Shown: in pieces, positions 50,005 through 58,952 of the stretch
Layout: every line of letters begins with the position of its first letter
Numbering within the stretch: the stretch's first letter is position 1
NCBI GenBank assembly: GCA_963674965.2
Contig: CAXXFL010000006.1
Coordinates: 640,001 to 704,000, forward strand
Length of the DNA stretch: 64,000 nt
Direction of reading: 5' to 3'
Origin: a bacterium
Lineage (GTDB): Bacteria; RBG-13-61-14; DATKZS01
Position numbers and translations under genes: made by a program
The notes under the pieces: generated by a model
What the model was told of the DNA's origin: nothing
What the model saw: the letters and a program-made list of their open reading frames with translations, nothing else
The model's database searches: none

Positions 50005-50343
50005 ATGCCTTATCGGGGGGAAGTCTGGTTAGCTGATCTTGAGCCGGTAAAAGGACACGAACAAGGGCGAACCAGACCGGTCTTGGTAATTTCCAATAAT
50101 ACTTTCAATCAAGGCCCCTCGTCCATTGTCATCGTGGTCCCAATAACTAAAACAAACCGAAAAATCCCTTTCCACGTCCAGATACAACCGCCGGAGGGCG
50201 TCCTGTCTAATACGAGCTACGCCTTGTGCGATCATGTAAGGGCTATTTGAAAAAAAGACCGCTTAATCCGAAGGCTGGGCACTTTGAAAGTAGATACCAT
50301 AAACGAAATATCCGATCGCTTGAAAGTCCTTATGGACTTGTGA
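50005..50343 (+). pseudogene. mazF: PemK/MazF family toxin interrupted by an in-frame TGA
   Basis: RGEVWLADLEPVKGHEQGRTRPVLVIS...VPIT...CDHVRAI, TGA at 50248-50250, then in the same frame KKDRLIRRLGTL...ISDRLKVLMDL*. Confidence 0.85.
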
Positions 50344-50499
50344 TTGCATTGATATTTACTTCATTGTTTCTTCGCGCGATAACCTTGCATGTTTCTATTT
50401 GCCGTTGGCGGTGGGACTTGTAATATAATATCAACGGCCGGGCGGCAACGTCGGCCGGACCGGATAATCGTCCGCCCGCGGCGGCGCTGGAGCATTCTA

Positions 50500-52005
50500 T
50501 TGTTACGTCCGTACCTTAAAAGCCGAAGGACCTGGGGCGCCCTGCTTGGAGCTTCATCCTTCCTTTTTCTCGTTTTCTCTCCTCCCCTCGCGGGCCTTGG
50601 CGGGAAAGCGCAAAACGCCGGGGCCGTGGCCGCGCTGATGGCGTGCTTCTGGATCGGGGAAGTCGTTCCCATTTACGCCGCGGCCCTTTTTCCCATCGTG
50701 CTTTTTCCCCTGTTGGGAATACTGGACACCAAGGCGGCGGCCGCCCCTTACGGGGACAGGATCGTGTTCCTGATGATGGGCGGGTTCATGATCGCGGCGG
50801 CCATGCGCAAATGGGGGCTCCATCGCCGCATTTCCCTGCATATCATCAAGCGGCTGGGCCGGTCTCCGGGCGGCATCATCCTCGGCTTCATGGCGGCGGC
50901 GGCGCTTTTATCCATGTGGATGAGCAACTCGGCCACGGCGGTGATGATGATGCCCATCGCCGTCTCGGTCAGTTGGCGGGCCCAGGGGGCCGACGGTCCC
51001 GACGGCCTCGAGCCGAGCGCCTTCTCGACCTCGCTCATGCTGGCCATCGCCTACTCGGCCGGCGTGGGCGGCGTGGCCACCCTGGTGGGGACCCCTCCCA
51101 ACGCCATCTTCGCCGGCCAAGTCCAGGCCCTTTTTCCCGAGGCCCGGGAAATCTTTTTCGCCGACTGGATAAAACTCGGCCTTCCCGTGAGCCTTTGCCT
51201 TTTCGTCCTGGTCTGGTTCACGTTGAACAAGGTGTTCTTCCGCCTCAAGCCCGAGGACGTGAACTTCGATCCCGCCGTGCTCGAGGAGGAACTGAAAGGC
51301 ATGGGGCCGCTCAGCCGGGGCGAGTCGGCGGTGCTTTTCTGCTTCGCCCTCGCCGCTATCCTCTGGATGACGAGGGGGCTGTGGGGAGAGGCGGCCGAGG
51401 ACGCGGGCATACTGGTGCACGACTCGACCATAGCCATGCTCGCGGCCCTCCTGTTGTTCATGATTCCCGTGGACCTGAAAAAAAGGGAGTTCGCCCTCGA
51501 TTGGGAGGCGGCGGCTCGAATACCGTGGGGGGTGCTGGTCCTTTTCGGCGGCGGCTTCGCCCTGGCCAAGGGGCTTCAGACCTCCGGTTTCGCCGAGTGG
51601 GTGGGGGCCAATCTCCACGGCCTCTCCGGCCTCCATCCCCTCGTGGCCATCCTCGCCGTGTGTCTTATGATGACCTTTTTGACCGAGGTCACCTCGAACA
51701 CCTCGACCACCACCATCATGATGCCGGTGATGGCCTACACCGCCGCCGCCCTGAACATGCACCCCTTCCTCTTGATGCTGCCCGCGACGATCAGCGCCTC
51801 CTGCGCCTTCATGCTCCCGGCCGCCACGCCTCCCAACGCCATCGTGTTCGGATCGGGCCTGATCAGGCTTCCCCAAATGGCCAAGGTGGGTCTGGTCCTG
51901 AATTTGCTCGGGGCCGTAGTGGTGGCCCTTTTAGTATACTGGCTTGGCGGCTGGGCCCTGGGGGAGGACCTGTCGGCCTTCCCTTCCTGGGCGGCGCCGA
52001 GGTAA
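50500..52005 (+). CDS. DASS/SLC13 family sodium:dicarboxylate (or sulfate) symporter
   Basis: WGLHRRI, SMWMSNSAT, ATLVGTPPN, TEVTSNT and AFMLPAATPPNA. Probable TTG start at 50500 after GGAG. Confidence 0.92.
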   Translation: MLRPYLKSRRTWGALLGASSFLFLVFSPPLAGLGGKAQNAGAVAALMACFWIGEVVPIYAAALFPIVLFPLLGILDTKAAAAPYGDRIVFLMMGGFMIAAAMRKWGLHRRISLHIIKRLGRSPGGIILGFMAAAALLSMWMSNSATAVMMMPIAVSVSWRAQGADGPDGLEPSAFSTSLMLAIAYSAGVGGVATLVGTPPNAIFAGQVQALFPEAREIFFADWIKLGLPVSLCLFVLVWFTLNKVFFRLKPEDVNFDPAVLEEELKGMGPLSRGESAVLFCFALAAILWMTRGLWGEAAEDAGILVHDSTIAMLAALLLFMIPVDLKKREFALDWEAAARIPWGVLVLFGGGFALAKGLQTSGFAEWVGANLHGLSGLHPLVAILAVCLMMTFLTEVTSNTSTTTIMMPVMAYTAAALNMHPFLLMLPATISASCAFMLPAATPPNAIVFGSGLIRLPQMAKVGLVLNLLGAVVVALLVYWLGGWALGEDLSAFPSWAAPR

Positions 52006-52008
52006 AAA

Positions 52009-52695
52009 CTATCCGAAGCCGCCGTACTGTCCCGGTCCCGACTGGCTCATGGGGAGGACCCGGCGCGGCCGCCTTCCCCTCACCACCGCCAACACGATCA
52101 GGGCGACGGATACAAAGACGGTCAGGAATAGAATGCCGATGGAGGAGAAGATCGTGATCAGGAGGTCGGTGACGAAGCCTTTGTCGATGGCCAGCACCGT
52201 CTCGGGCCCTTCCTCGCCCCCCTGGTAAAAGGCGGACAAATGGTATTCGCCCGCCTGTCCGGCGGAAAAGGAAAAGACCCCGTAGGCCGAGGTGGATCCC
52301 ATGTTGTAGGTCTGGTTGCTCATGAGAGGGCCCAGGGGCACGTTCTCGCCTGAGGGACCGGTAAGGGTTATATTCATGCTCCCGAGTTGGGCGCCCGAGG
52401 AATAGACCTTGCCGTCCACCACGCTCCGGTACTCGTGGAACACCGTGTACGAGCCGGGCTCCTCCAAGCGGAACGTCCGCTCGCCGGGGACCACCAGCCG
52501 GACCATGTCGTCACCCATGCCGGAAATGGACCTGATAAGAAAAAAGACGAACAGGCCGATACCCATGGCGAGAATCAACCCGGCCATCAGGAAAAAAATC
52601 ATCCCCGATGAGCGCCCGTCCCCGCTTGTTCCAAGGGTCCCCGGCTCCAGCGCCCCGGGGCTCATTCCCATGTCGTTATTCTGGTAATAGCTCAC
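52009..52695 (-). CDS. Hypothetical two-TM membrane protein with extracytoplasmic beta domain
   Basis: TM, ~110-aa soluble region, TM, RGRRPRR; co-oriented as last gene of the radical SAM operon; GGGGAGAG RBS. Confidence 0.7.
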   Translation of the reverse strand: MSYYQNNDMGMSPGALEPGTLGTSGDGRSSGMIFFLMAGLILAMGIGLFVFFLIRSISGMGDDMVRLVVPGERTFRLEEPGSYTVFHEYRSVVDGKVYSSGAQLGSMNITLTGPSGENVPLGPLMSNQTYNMGSTSAYGVFSFSAGQAGEYHLSAFYQGGEEGPETVLAIDKGFVTDLLITIFSSIGILFLTVFVSVALIVLAVVRGRRPRRVLPMSQSGPGQYGGFG

Positions 52696-52716
52696 GTCAT
52701 CTCTCCCCGCGGCCCG

Positions 52717-53808
52717 TCAGGTCCGGGCCTGAATCCTGGCGTATTCCCATAGTATGGACGGCCAGCTCCTCAGGTTAAAAAAGATCGTGTTGGACAGGAA
52801 ACACTGGTGATAGCACGAGCACCGCGAGGATAGAATCTCGCCTCTTATGGCCCGGGCTTTTTCCGAGTTCCACAGGGCCGGGAAGTCGTAGCCCGATTCC
52901 CGTACCGAGCCGATGGGCTCGGGCCAAAGCTCGCAGGGGAAGACCTCGCCCTCCGGCAGAAGCACGCCGGCCACTCGTCCCGCCTCGCAGGGCAGATGGT
53001 AAGAGCCGCTCCGGTAGATATCCAGGGCCATGCGCCTCAGGATTACGTCCTTGGCGTGGAGCAGGCCGCTGAAAAAGCCGTAGCCTCGCACCGCTCCTTT
53101 CCTTATATCCTCTTCCATCAGGTTATAGACCTTCGCCACCTCGTCCGTATCGAGCTCACGGGCGCCCTCTTCCATGGGCACTCCCCTCGTGAGGATCAGG
53201 TTGATGGCGTCGGGTTTGATCTCGTCCCTCACCAGCTTGTAGGTCTCGACCAGCCTTCCCGCGTTGAAGGCGGAGGCCGTGACGTCCACCAGGATGGTCA
53301 GGTTGGGGTGGGCGCGCTTAAGCGCCCGAAGGCGCTCGAGGGATTCAGCGGTCCGCTTGAAGAAGTTCTCCCGTCCCCGTATCTCGTCGTTCAGCTCCGG
53401 CGGCCCCTCGATGGGCAGGCCCACGGTGACGTTCGAGCGCGGGCAGGCCTCGAGGATTTGCTTCATGCCCGCCCCGACCCTCTCGGGGTGGAAGCCGTTG
53501 GTGGCGATCCCCAGGTGATAGACCTTGTTGTTGCGGTAGAAAGTCTCGACCAGCCGGGGAAAGTCATCGCGCAGGAAGGGCTCGCCGCCGGTAAAGGTCA
53601 CCTGGAGAAGGGGACCCATCGAGGCGGAGACCTTCTCCACCTCCTCCGGCGTAAGGGGCGACTCCTCCTTGTTAAGGGACTCCCAGTAAAAGCAGTGCTT
53701 GCATCGTCCCGAGCACTTGCTGGTCACGAAGAATATCAGGTAGGTCGGGTGGGACAGTGGCCCGCGCCCGAAATACTTAAGCGACGTTATGGCGGTTTTA
53801 AAGTCCAA
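52717..53808 (-). CDS. Radical SAM protein with SPASM/twitch auxiliary cluster
   Basis: CSGRCKHC, FTGGEPFLR, ATNG, CEAG, VFPCE and CSCYHQC. Confidence 0.92.
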   Translation of the reverse strand: MDFKTAITSLKYFGRGPLSHPTYLIFFVTSKCSGRCKHCFYWESLNKEESPLTPEEVEKVSASMGPLLQVTFTGGEPFLRDDFPRLVETFYRNNKVYHLGIATNGFHPERVGAGMKQILEACPRSNVTVGLPIEGPPELNDEIRGRENFFKRTAESLERLRALKRAHPNLTILVDVTASAFNAGRLVETYKLVRDEIKPDAINLILTRGVPMEEGARELDTDEVAKVYNLMEEDIRKGAVRGYGFFSGLLHAKDVILRRMALDIYRSGSYHLPCEAGRVAGVLLPEGEVFPCELWPEPIGSVRESGYDFPALWNSEKARAIRGEILSSRCSCYHQCFLSNTIFFNLRSWPSILWEYARIQART

Positions 53809-53877
53809 TTGAAAAGCCTCTTGCCCTCCCCGGCCAATGACCCTCGCGCTCCGGCGAGGTCATTGAATTATTATAGC

Positions 53878-54897
53878 TCAAATCCAGCCGGGCCTTCCGT
53901 AAGGAGACCGGCCCAGCAGGCGGCCCAATACTCCGGCGGCCGCGCCGGCGCATATGGCCAGCAGCCCGAGCGCGTAAAGGCCGAAGGCCGGGATCGATCT
54001 CCATCTAAGACGCGCGCGCAGAAGACGTCCCAGGCCGTGATTGAGATAAAAATATCCCATAAAGGCCGGCGCGAAAAGAACCGTCATTTCGGGCGCCCAT
54101 GGAATACACAGCAGGCAAGCCGCGAGAAGCGCGATGGACGCGGCGTTTTCCGCGCTTTTAAAGCTGGGCGCTCGCCTGGGCAGTCTTCCGGCCAGGGTCA
54201 GCTTCATGCCCAGGACGGCCTTTTTATAGTCGTTGGCCAGCATGCCGGCCAAGGAGAAGTGATGGGCGTGGGCGCCCTCGGCCGCGGGCAGGTATCGCAG
54301 ATCGTATCCCGCCTCGGACAGGGCCAGTCCCAGTTCCATGTCCTCGGCGCTGGCCCCCTGGTAGCGCTCGTCGAACCCGCCCACTTCGAGGAAGGCCTCC
54401 CGCCTGACCGCCCCCAGCGCCCCCCAGAACCAGTCTATCCTCTCGGGGGAGAGGTCGTGATGGTAGCGGGTGAAGGCGTTATGGTACTCGTTGATTATTC
54501 CCCTCGCCGCCGGCTTCTCCGAGTATCTTCCCACCACCCCGGCCACCTCGAGGTCCTCGTCCATGCGGCTTATAATGGACGCCAGCGCGTTGGGGTCGAG
54601 GAAAACGTCCGAGTCCACGAAAACCAGGACCGGCGCCGACGACTCTGCGACCCCCCTGTTCCTGGCGGCGGCGGCCCCGGAGTTTTTCTCCATAACCGCG
54701 AGCTTCACGAAGGGAAGTCGGGCCTTATCGGCGCCTCCGTCGGTGGAGGCGTCGTCCACCACGATCACCTCGAGGTCGCCCGGCTCGATTCCCCGCTGAT
54801 TTTCGATCGCCTCGAGGCACTTCCCGATCGAGTCGCCGGCGTTGTACATGGGCACGATCACGGCCAGCCTCGGCGTGTCCCGCTCGGCCGCGCTCAT
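53878..54897 (-). CDS. GT2 glycosyltransferase with C-terminal TM helices
   Basis: VIVPMYN, VVDDASTD, AAARNRG, FVDSD, GGFDE and AEDMELG. Confidence 0.93.
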   Translation of the reverse strand: MSAAERDTPRLAVIVPMYNAGDSIGKCLEAIENQRGIEPGDLEVIVVDDASTDGGADKARLPFVKLAVMEKNSGAAAARNRGVAESSAPVLVFVDSDVFLDPNALASIISRMDEDLEVAGVVGRYSEKPAARGIINEYHNAFTRYHHDLSPERIDWFWGALGAVRREAFLEVGGFDERYQGASAEDMELGLALSEAGYDLRYLPAAEGAHAHHFSLAGMLANDYKKAVLGMKLTLAGRLPRRAPSFKSAENAASIALLAACLLCIPWAPEMTVLFAPAFMGYFYLNHGLGRLLRARLRWRSIPAFGLYALGLLAICAGAAAGVLGRLLGRSPYGRPGWI

Positions 54898-56606
54898 TTT
54901 TGGCCTCCCACCAGCGCGGAGTCCTTCCTGTCCCTTTTGACGAGGACGACCATTTCCACGTCGTGCTCGGGGTCCAGGGCCACGTAGTAGCCTCGGTTGA
55001 AGTAATCCGGCTTATATCGAAAGACCACGTCATAGCCGGTCTCGCCGGCCATGATGGAGTCGGCCAGGGGCGCCAGCCAGTATTCTCCCGTCTCCTTGTC
55101 TACGATCCATCGCTCGTCGTAAATGGGAGCGGTCGCGGCGTCCTTGTATACTTTCCGAAAACCTCCCAGGGCCCAGGCGTCGATAATGATTACGTCCGGG
55201 TCGGTCTCGCCTATCAACTCCTCGGTGAAACTCTGGGGCCAGACCAGGCTTAGTCCCGGGACTCCCAGCGCCCGGGTCGGCTCGTGGACGGACATGAGGA
55301 GGACGCGGCTATCAGGCGCTACCCTCTTTTGTATCCATTCACCCAGCTTGTCGTGATGGGAATAGAACATGGACCAGTGGGCGTCCACGCGGAGGACGCT
55401 CCAGACAAGAAGCAAAACCGCGATAAAGGGACCGAGGGTCCTCACGGCCGGCCTGGGCGATATGGCCAGGTCGGAAACCAGTTCCACGGCCATGAGTATC
55501 CCGATGGGGACCATGTTGAGGAAAAGATAATAGGCGAAAGCCCCGCCCTTGGGACCGCCCGAGTGCGTAGCGAAGACATAGATGAAGATCGCAAAATTCA
55601 AGGCCAGGTAAAAGTCGGTGGGAAGCCTCTTTTTCACGTGGTTAATAAAACCGACTATGGCGGCCCAGAAAAGAGGCAAGCCAAAAACAAAGGGAAGCAC
55701 GATGGACCCGAGGTAGTAATATCGGTCCCGCCACCAGACGTGAGGGTCGGTGTGATAAAAGCTGTGAATTTCGGCCTGGCGATAAAGCCATCCCATGTTG
55801 ACCAGCGTGTCCTTGAACCTTATGAACGAGTATGGCGACCCGATAAAGGCGGCGGCGGCCATGATTATCAAGGCGAGGTAAATATGAGGTGACTTGATTA
55901 TCGAGAGATAGGACCGTTTTCCCTCCAGGCATTTGTATACGACCAGGGGCGTCAGGGTCACGCCCAGTTGGTAATTGTTTTTAGTCACCACGGAGAATCC
56001 CGCCATAAGAGCGGCCGCGGCCAGCCATCGTCCGCTTCCCTCGCGATGGTACATGACGGCGGAGTAATATCCCGCCGTCATCCAAAAGAGGTTCAGCGAG
56101 TCCACTTTGGCCATGGCCGACATGGAGACGTGCATGGTATTAAGGGTCAGGAGCAAAGTGGCGAAAAGGGCCCAGCGCCAGTTGAGGTAGAGCTTGAACA
56201 GGAGATGGGCGGCCGCCAGGGACGCCATGGCGAAGGCGAGAGATATCCAGCGGGTGAGGTTAATCGTCACCGGGCTGAGGGGATCGAGTCCTCGGAAGAA
56301 CTCGGGGACGACGGATATCCCGCTTTGCATGATTTGGCCCACGAGGCCGGGAATGGCCCAGATAATATAGAAGATCGCGTTGACGTAAAAACCCAACGCC
56401 GGGTAAAAGCCGTGGGCCGTGTCCATGGTGGGACCTGACAGCAGGTGAAGGGTCACGCTGGTGGCCCTCTTTTCATCCTCGAAAAGAAACCATGGAAGCA
56501 GGGCGTCCAGGTGGCGGAGGCGAAGTAAAAGGGCGACGGTAAGAACGGCCAGGAGCCCGAGGTACTCCAGCCTTTTCTCTCCCAGTCCCTCCTTTTCCAT
56601 CTTCAT
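54894..56606 (-). CDS. GT-C fold (PMT/ArnT-like) glycosyltransferase
   Basis: LLLRL after TM1, EDE, FYP, AKVD, VVTKNN and F.GSPY; multi-TM. Confidence 0.82.
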   Translation of the reverse strand: MKMEKEGLGEKRLEYLGLLAVLTVALLLRLRHLDALLPWFLFEDEKRATSVTLHLLSGPTMDTAHGFYPALGFYVNAIFYIIWAIPGLVGQIMQSGISVVPEFFRGLDPLSPVTINLTRWISLAFAMASLAAAHLLFKLYLNWRWALFATLLLTLNTMHVSMSAMAKVDSLNLFWMTAGYYSAVMYHREGSGRWLAAAALMAGFSVVTKNNYQLGVTLTPLVVYKCLEGKRSYLSIIKSPHIYLALIIMAAAAFIGSPYSFIRFKDTLVNMGWLYRQAEIHSFYHTDPHVWWRDRYYYLGSIVLPFVFGLPLFWAAIVGFINHVKKRLPTDFYLALNFAIFIYVFATHSGGPKGGAFAYYLFLNMVPIGILMAVELVSDLAISPRPAVRTLGPFIAVLLLVWSVLRVDAHWSMFYSHHDKLGEWIQKRVAPDSRVLLMSVHEPTRALGVPGLSLVWPQSFTEELIGETDPDVIIIDAWALGGFRKVYKDAATAPIYDERWIVDKETGEYWLAPLADSIMAGETGYDVVFRYKPDYFNRGYYVALDPEHDVEMVVLVKRDRKDSALVGGQK

Positions 56607-58009
56607 CACAGGAACTTGAGTCGGAAATGTTTCAGCCCGACCTTGACGAAGTCCATCGGCTTGGGCATGGTCGAGACGATCCTCCAGGCCCGTCTCGGGC
56701 TGCCGTAGAATTTCCAGTGCGCGGTCCGGTGCATCCTCTCGAGGGTCGCGTCGTCAACGGCCGAGAGGTTGGCCGTCACCTTCTGATAAGACGCGTCGTC
56801 GGGATCGAACTCGACTTCCTTTCCCGCCTCGGCCGCCATCCGGCTTACCTCGGTCCCCGGGAACGGGCTCAGGATGGCGAAGCCCGCCGTGTGAAGGTCG
56901 CTGGCCGCGGCGAAATCAATGGTCCGCCGCATCTCCTCCTCGGTCTCGGTGGGAAAGCCGAGCATGAAGAACCCGTGCGTGAATATCCCCCGGGAGGCGG
57001 TCCTCTCGATCCCGTCCTTTATGGCCTCGAGCGAGAGCCCCTTCCGGATCATCTTCTGTATCCGCTCGTCGCCGCTCTCGATCCCGAGGTTGACCTTGTA
57101 GACGCCGGCCTCCTTCATAAGGTCCAGAAGGCCGTCGGGCAGGCGGTCGCCCCTCATCCCGTTGGGGAAGGCCAGCTTGTAATCGAGTCCCTCCTCCATC
57201 ATGCCCGTGAGGATTTGCATGGCCCGCTCCGGCCGGCAGTTGAAGCAGTCGTCGATAACGTGCAACTCGCGTATGCCCAGCTCTCTTTGCAGGAACTTCA
57301 TTTCCTCGAGGACGTTTTCAACTGACCTTCCCCTGAACTTCTTGCCGAACATGTTATGGCAGAATATGCAGCGGAAGGGACAGGCGCGGGAGGTAAAGAT
57401 GGTCGTCACCTCCCGCCTGAAGGTGATGTCGTTCTGGTTGAGCATGACGTCGGTGAAGTACCGGCGCGGCTCGATGAGGTCCCAGGCCGGGAAAGGTATC
57501 TCGTCCAGGTCGGAAACGTACTCGCGCGGCGGGCCCAGGATCAGCTCTCCCTCCTTCATTACGGCGGTCCCGGGCACGCCCTCGAAACCCTTTTGGTCCA
57601 CCGCCCTGTCCACCAGGTCGACGAAGGTCAGCTCGCCCTCCCCCATGGCCGCCACGTCCACGTTCGCGTCGGACAGGGTCCAGCGGGGGGCCGCGCTCGG
57701 GTGAGGACCTCCGACCGCCACCGGGACCTTCCGGTCCCATGACTTGATCCGGGCGGCCAGGGCGTGCATGCACGAGGCCTGGAAGCTCATGGCGTGGATG
57801 GCCACCAGGTTCGGTTTGAAGTCCTCGAGTATCTCGTCTATGGCCGACGCCCGGGCCCTCTTTTCCATCATGTCGAAAAGGCGAAGCTCGTGCCCCGGCC
57901 TTCTCGAGCGCAAATAAGACGCTAGATACATGAGGCCATGAGGCGGATAACACTGGTAAACGAACCTCTCCGGCGCCGTCACGCCCGACTCGACCAGAAG
58001 TATCCGCAT
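56606..58009 (-). CDS. Cobalamin-binding radical SAM enzyme (class B methyltransferase-like)
   Basis: YPPHGLMYLAS, VGGPHPS, MGEGE, TSRACPFRCIFC, IDDCF, GIESG and FFMLGFPTET. Confidence 0.93.
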   Translation of the reverse strand: MRILLVESGVTAPERFVYQCYPPHGLMYLASYLRSRRPGHELRLFDMMEKRARASAIDEILEDFKPNLVAIHAMSFQASCMHALAARIKSWDRKVPVAVGGPHPSAAPRWTLSDANVDVAAMGEGELTFVDLVDRAVDQKGFEGVPGTAVMKEGELILGPPREYVSDLDEIPFPAWDLIEPRRYFTDVMLNQNDITFRREVTTIFTSRACPFRCIFCHNMFGKKFRGRSVENVLEEMKFLQRELGIRELHVIDDCFNCRPERAMQILTGMMEEGLDYKLAFPNGMRGDRLPDGLLDLMKEAGVYKVNLGIESGDERIQKMIRKGLSLEAIKDGIERTASRGIFTHGFFMLGFPTETEEEMRRTIDFAAASDLHTAGFAILSPFPGTEVSRMAAEAGKEVEFDPDDASYQKVTANLSAVDDATLERMHRTAHWKFYGSPRRAWRIVSTMPKPMDFVKVGLKHFRLKFL

Positions 58010-58010
58010 C

Positions 58011-58952
58011 TCAGTCCTTGCCCCGAACAGCGAAAACCAGAACGTGGCCGGCCGGAAGGTTAAGACCCGTGACCACGAAACGAAGGGCCCTGAATCCGAG
58101 CCGGGCCAGGCGGTCGAGAAGCGGCGAACCCTCGCCCCCCAGGAACTCGGGGACAAGGAGGGACGTCCTGTGGTCGATCACGCCGAGACCCACCTTGTGG
58201 CACGCCCTCTGCAGAGTGTCCAGGGAATACTCGTAAAGATGGTAAGGCGGCGGCGGGGTCCCGGACTTGGACAGCTTCAAGGCGGACAGAAGCTTGTTGT
58301 CCAGCTTGCCCAGGGTCCAGCTAATGGGAAAATGCCTGGCGGCACGGTAATAAAAGGAGTTGACGTAAGTGGGCACCTTGATGGCCACCAGGCCGTCGAT
58401 GGCGGCTATTCTTTTAACCTCGGTCAGGAACTCGATGGGCTCGGGCTCGTGCTCGAGCAGGTCTCCCAGAAAGACGACGTCGAAGGTCTTCTCGGGAAGT
58501 CCCAGGTCGGCCAGGCGTCCGCGATGGACGGTAAGACCGAACTGCTCGGCCGCCGTTCTCGCCGCCCACTCGGAAACGTCCACCCCCTCGACCTGGAAGC
58601 CCGAGCGGCCGGCGTAATTAAGGAAGCTGCCGCCCGCGCATCCGACCTCGAGGAAACGGCCCGATCGCTTGTATTTCCTGATGAACTCGAGAATCTCCCG
58701 GTACTCCTCGACGCGGCTGGCCTCGGTCTCGAGGTAGGCGCCGGCCCGGACACCGCAGGAGAAATCCTCGTTGAAATAGTCCGCGGTGTACATGGCGCCC
58801 GCCCGCTCGGGATCGAGCATGGGGGTCACGCGGGCCAGGCCGCAGCCCCGGCAACGGACGAGGTCGAAGGTTTCTCCCTCCAGCGCGTACACCTCGGGAA
58901 GGTACATGTCGTAGTCGGTCCCCTCACAAAGACGGCAGGCCTTGAGTTTCAT
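58011..58952 (-). CDS. Class I SAM methyltransferase with N-terminal zinc ribbon
   Basis: CRLC...CRGCGL, FLEVGCAGG, GVDVS, FDVV..D.LEH and PPYHLYEY. Confidence 0.9.
   Translation of the reverse strand: MKLKACRLCEGTDYDMYLPEVYALEGETFDLVRCRGCGLARVTPMLDPERAGAMYTADYFNEDFSCGVRAGAYLETEASRVEEYREILEFIRKYKRSGRFLEVGCAGGSFLNYAGRSGFQVEGVDVSEWAARTAAEQFGLTVHRGRLADLGLPEKTFDVVFLGDLLEHEPEPIEFLTEVKRIAAIDGLVAIKVPTYVNSFYYRAARHFPISWTLGKLDNKLLSALKLSKSGTPPPPYHLYEYSLDTLQRACHKVGLGVIDHRTSLLVPEFLGGEGSPLLDRLARLGFRALRFVVTGLNLPAGHVLVFAVRGKD

Noticed and set aside
50248-50250. Selenocysteine recoding of the mazF TGA
   Set aside because: The position is not a Cys site in MazF proteins, and no SECIS-like hairpin is evident immediately downstream.
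52717-53808. rSAM/SPASM plus GT2 as a mycofactocin/PQQ-like peptide-modification system
   Set aside because: No precursor peptide or PqqD/RRE gene; the context of GT-Cs, MTase and flavoenzyme points to glycan or lipid tailoring.
52996-54987. Long antisense or alternate-frame ORFs (also 46672-48438, 23716-25278, 50643-52157, 31016-32125, 33965-35065, 35192-36265)
   Set aside because: They shadow well-supported genes, have no motifs, and are expected from high GC3 codon bias.
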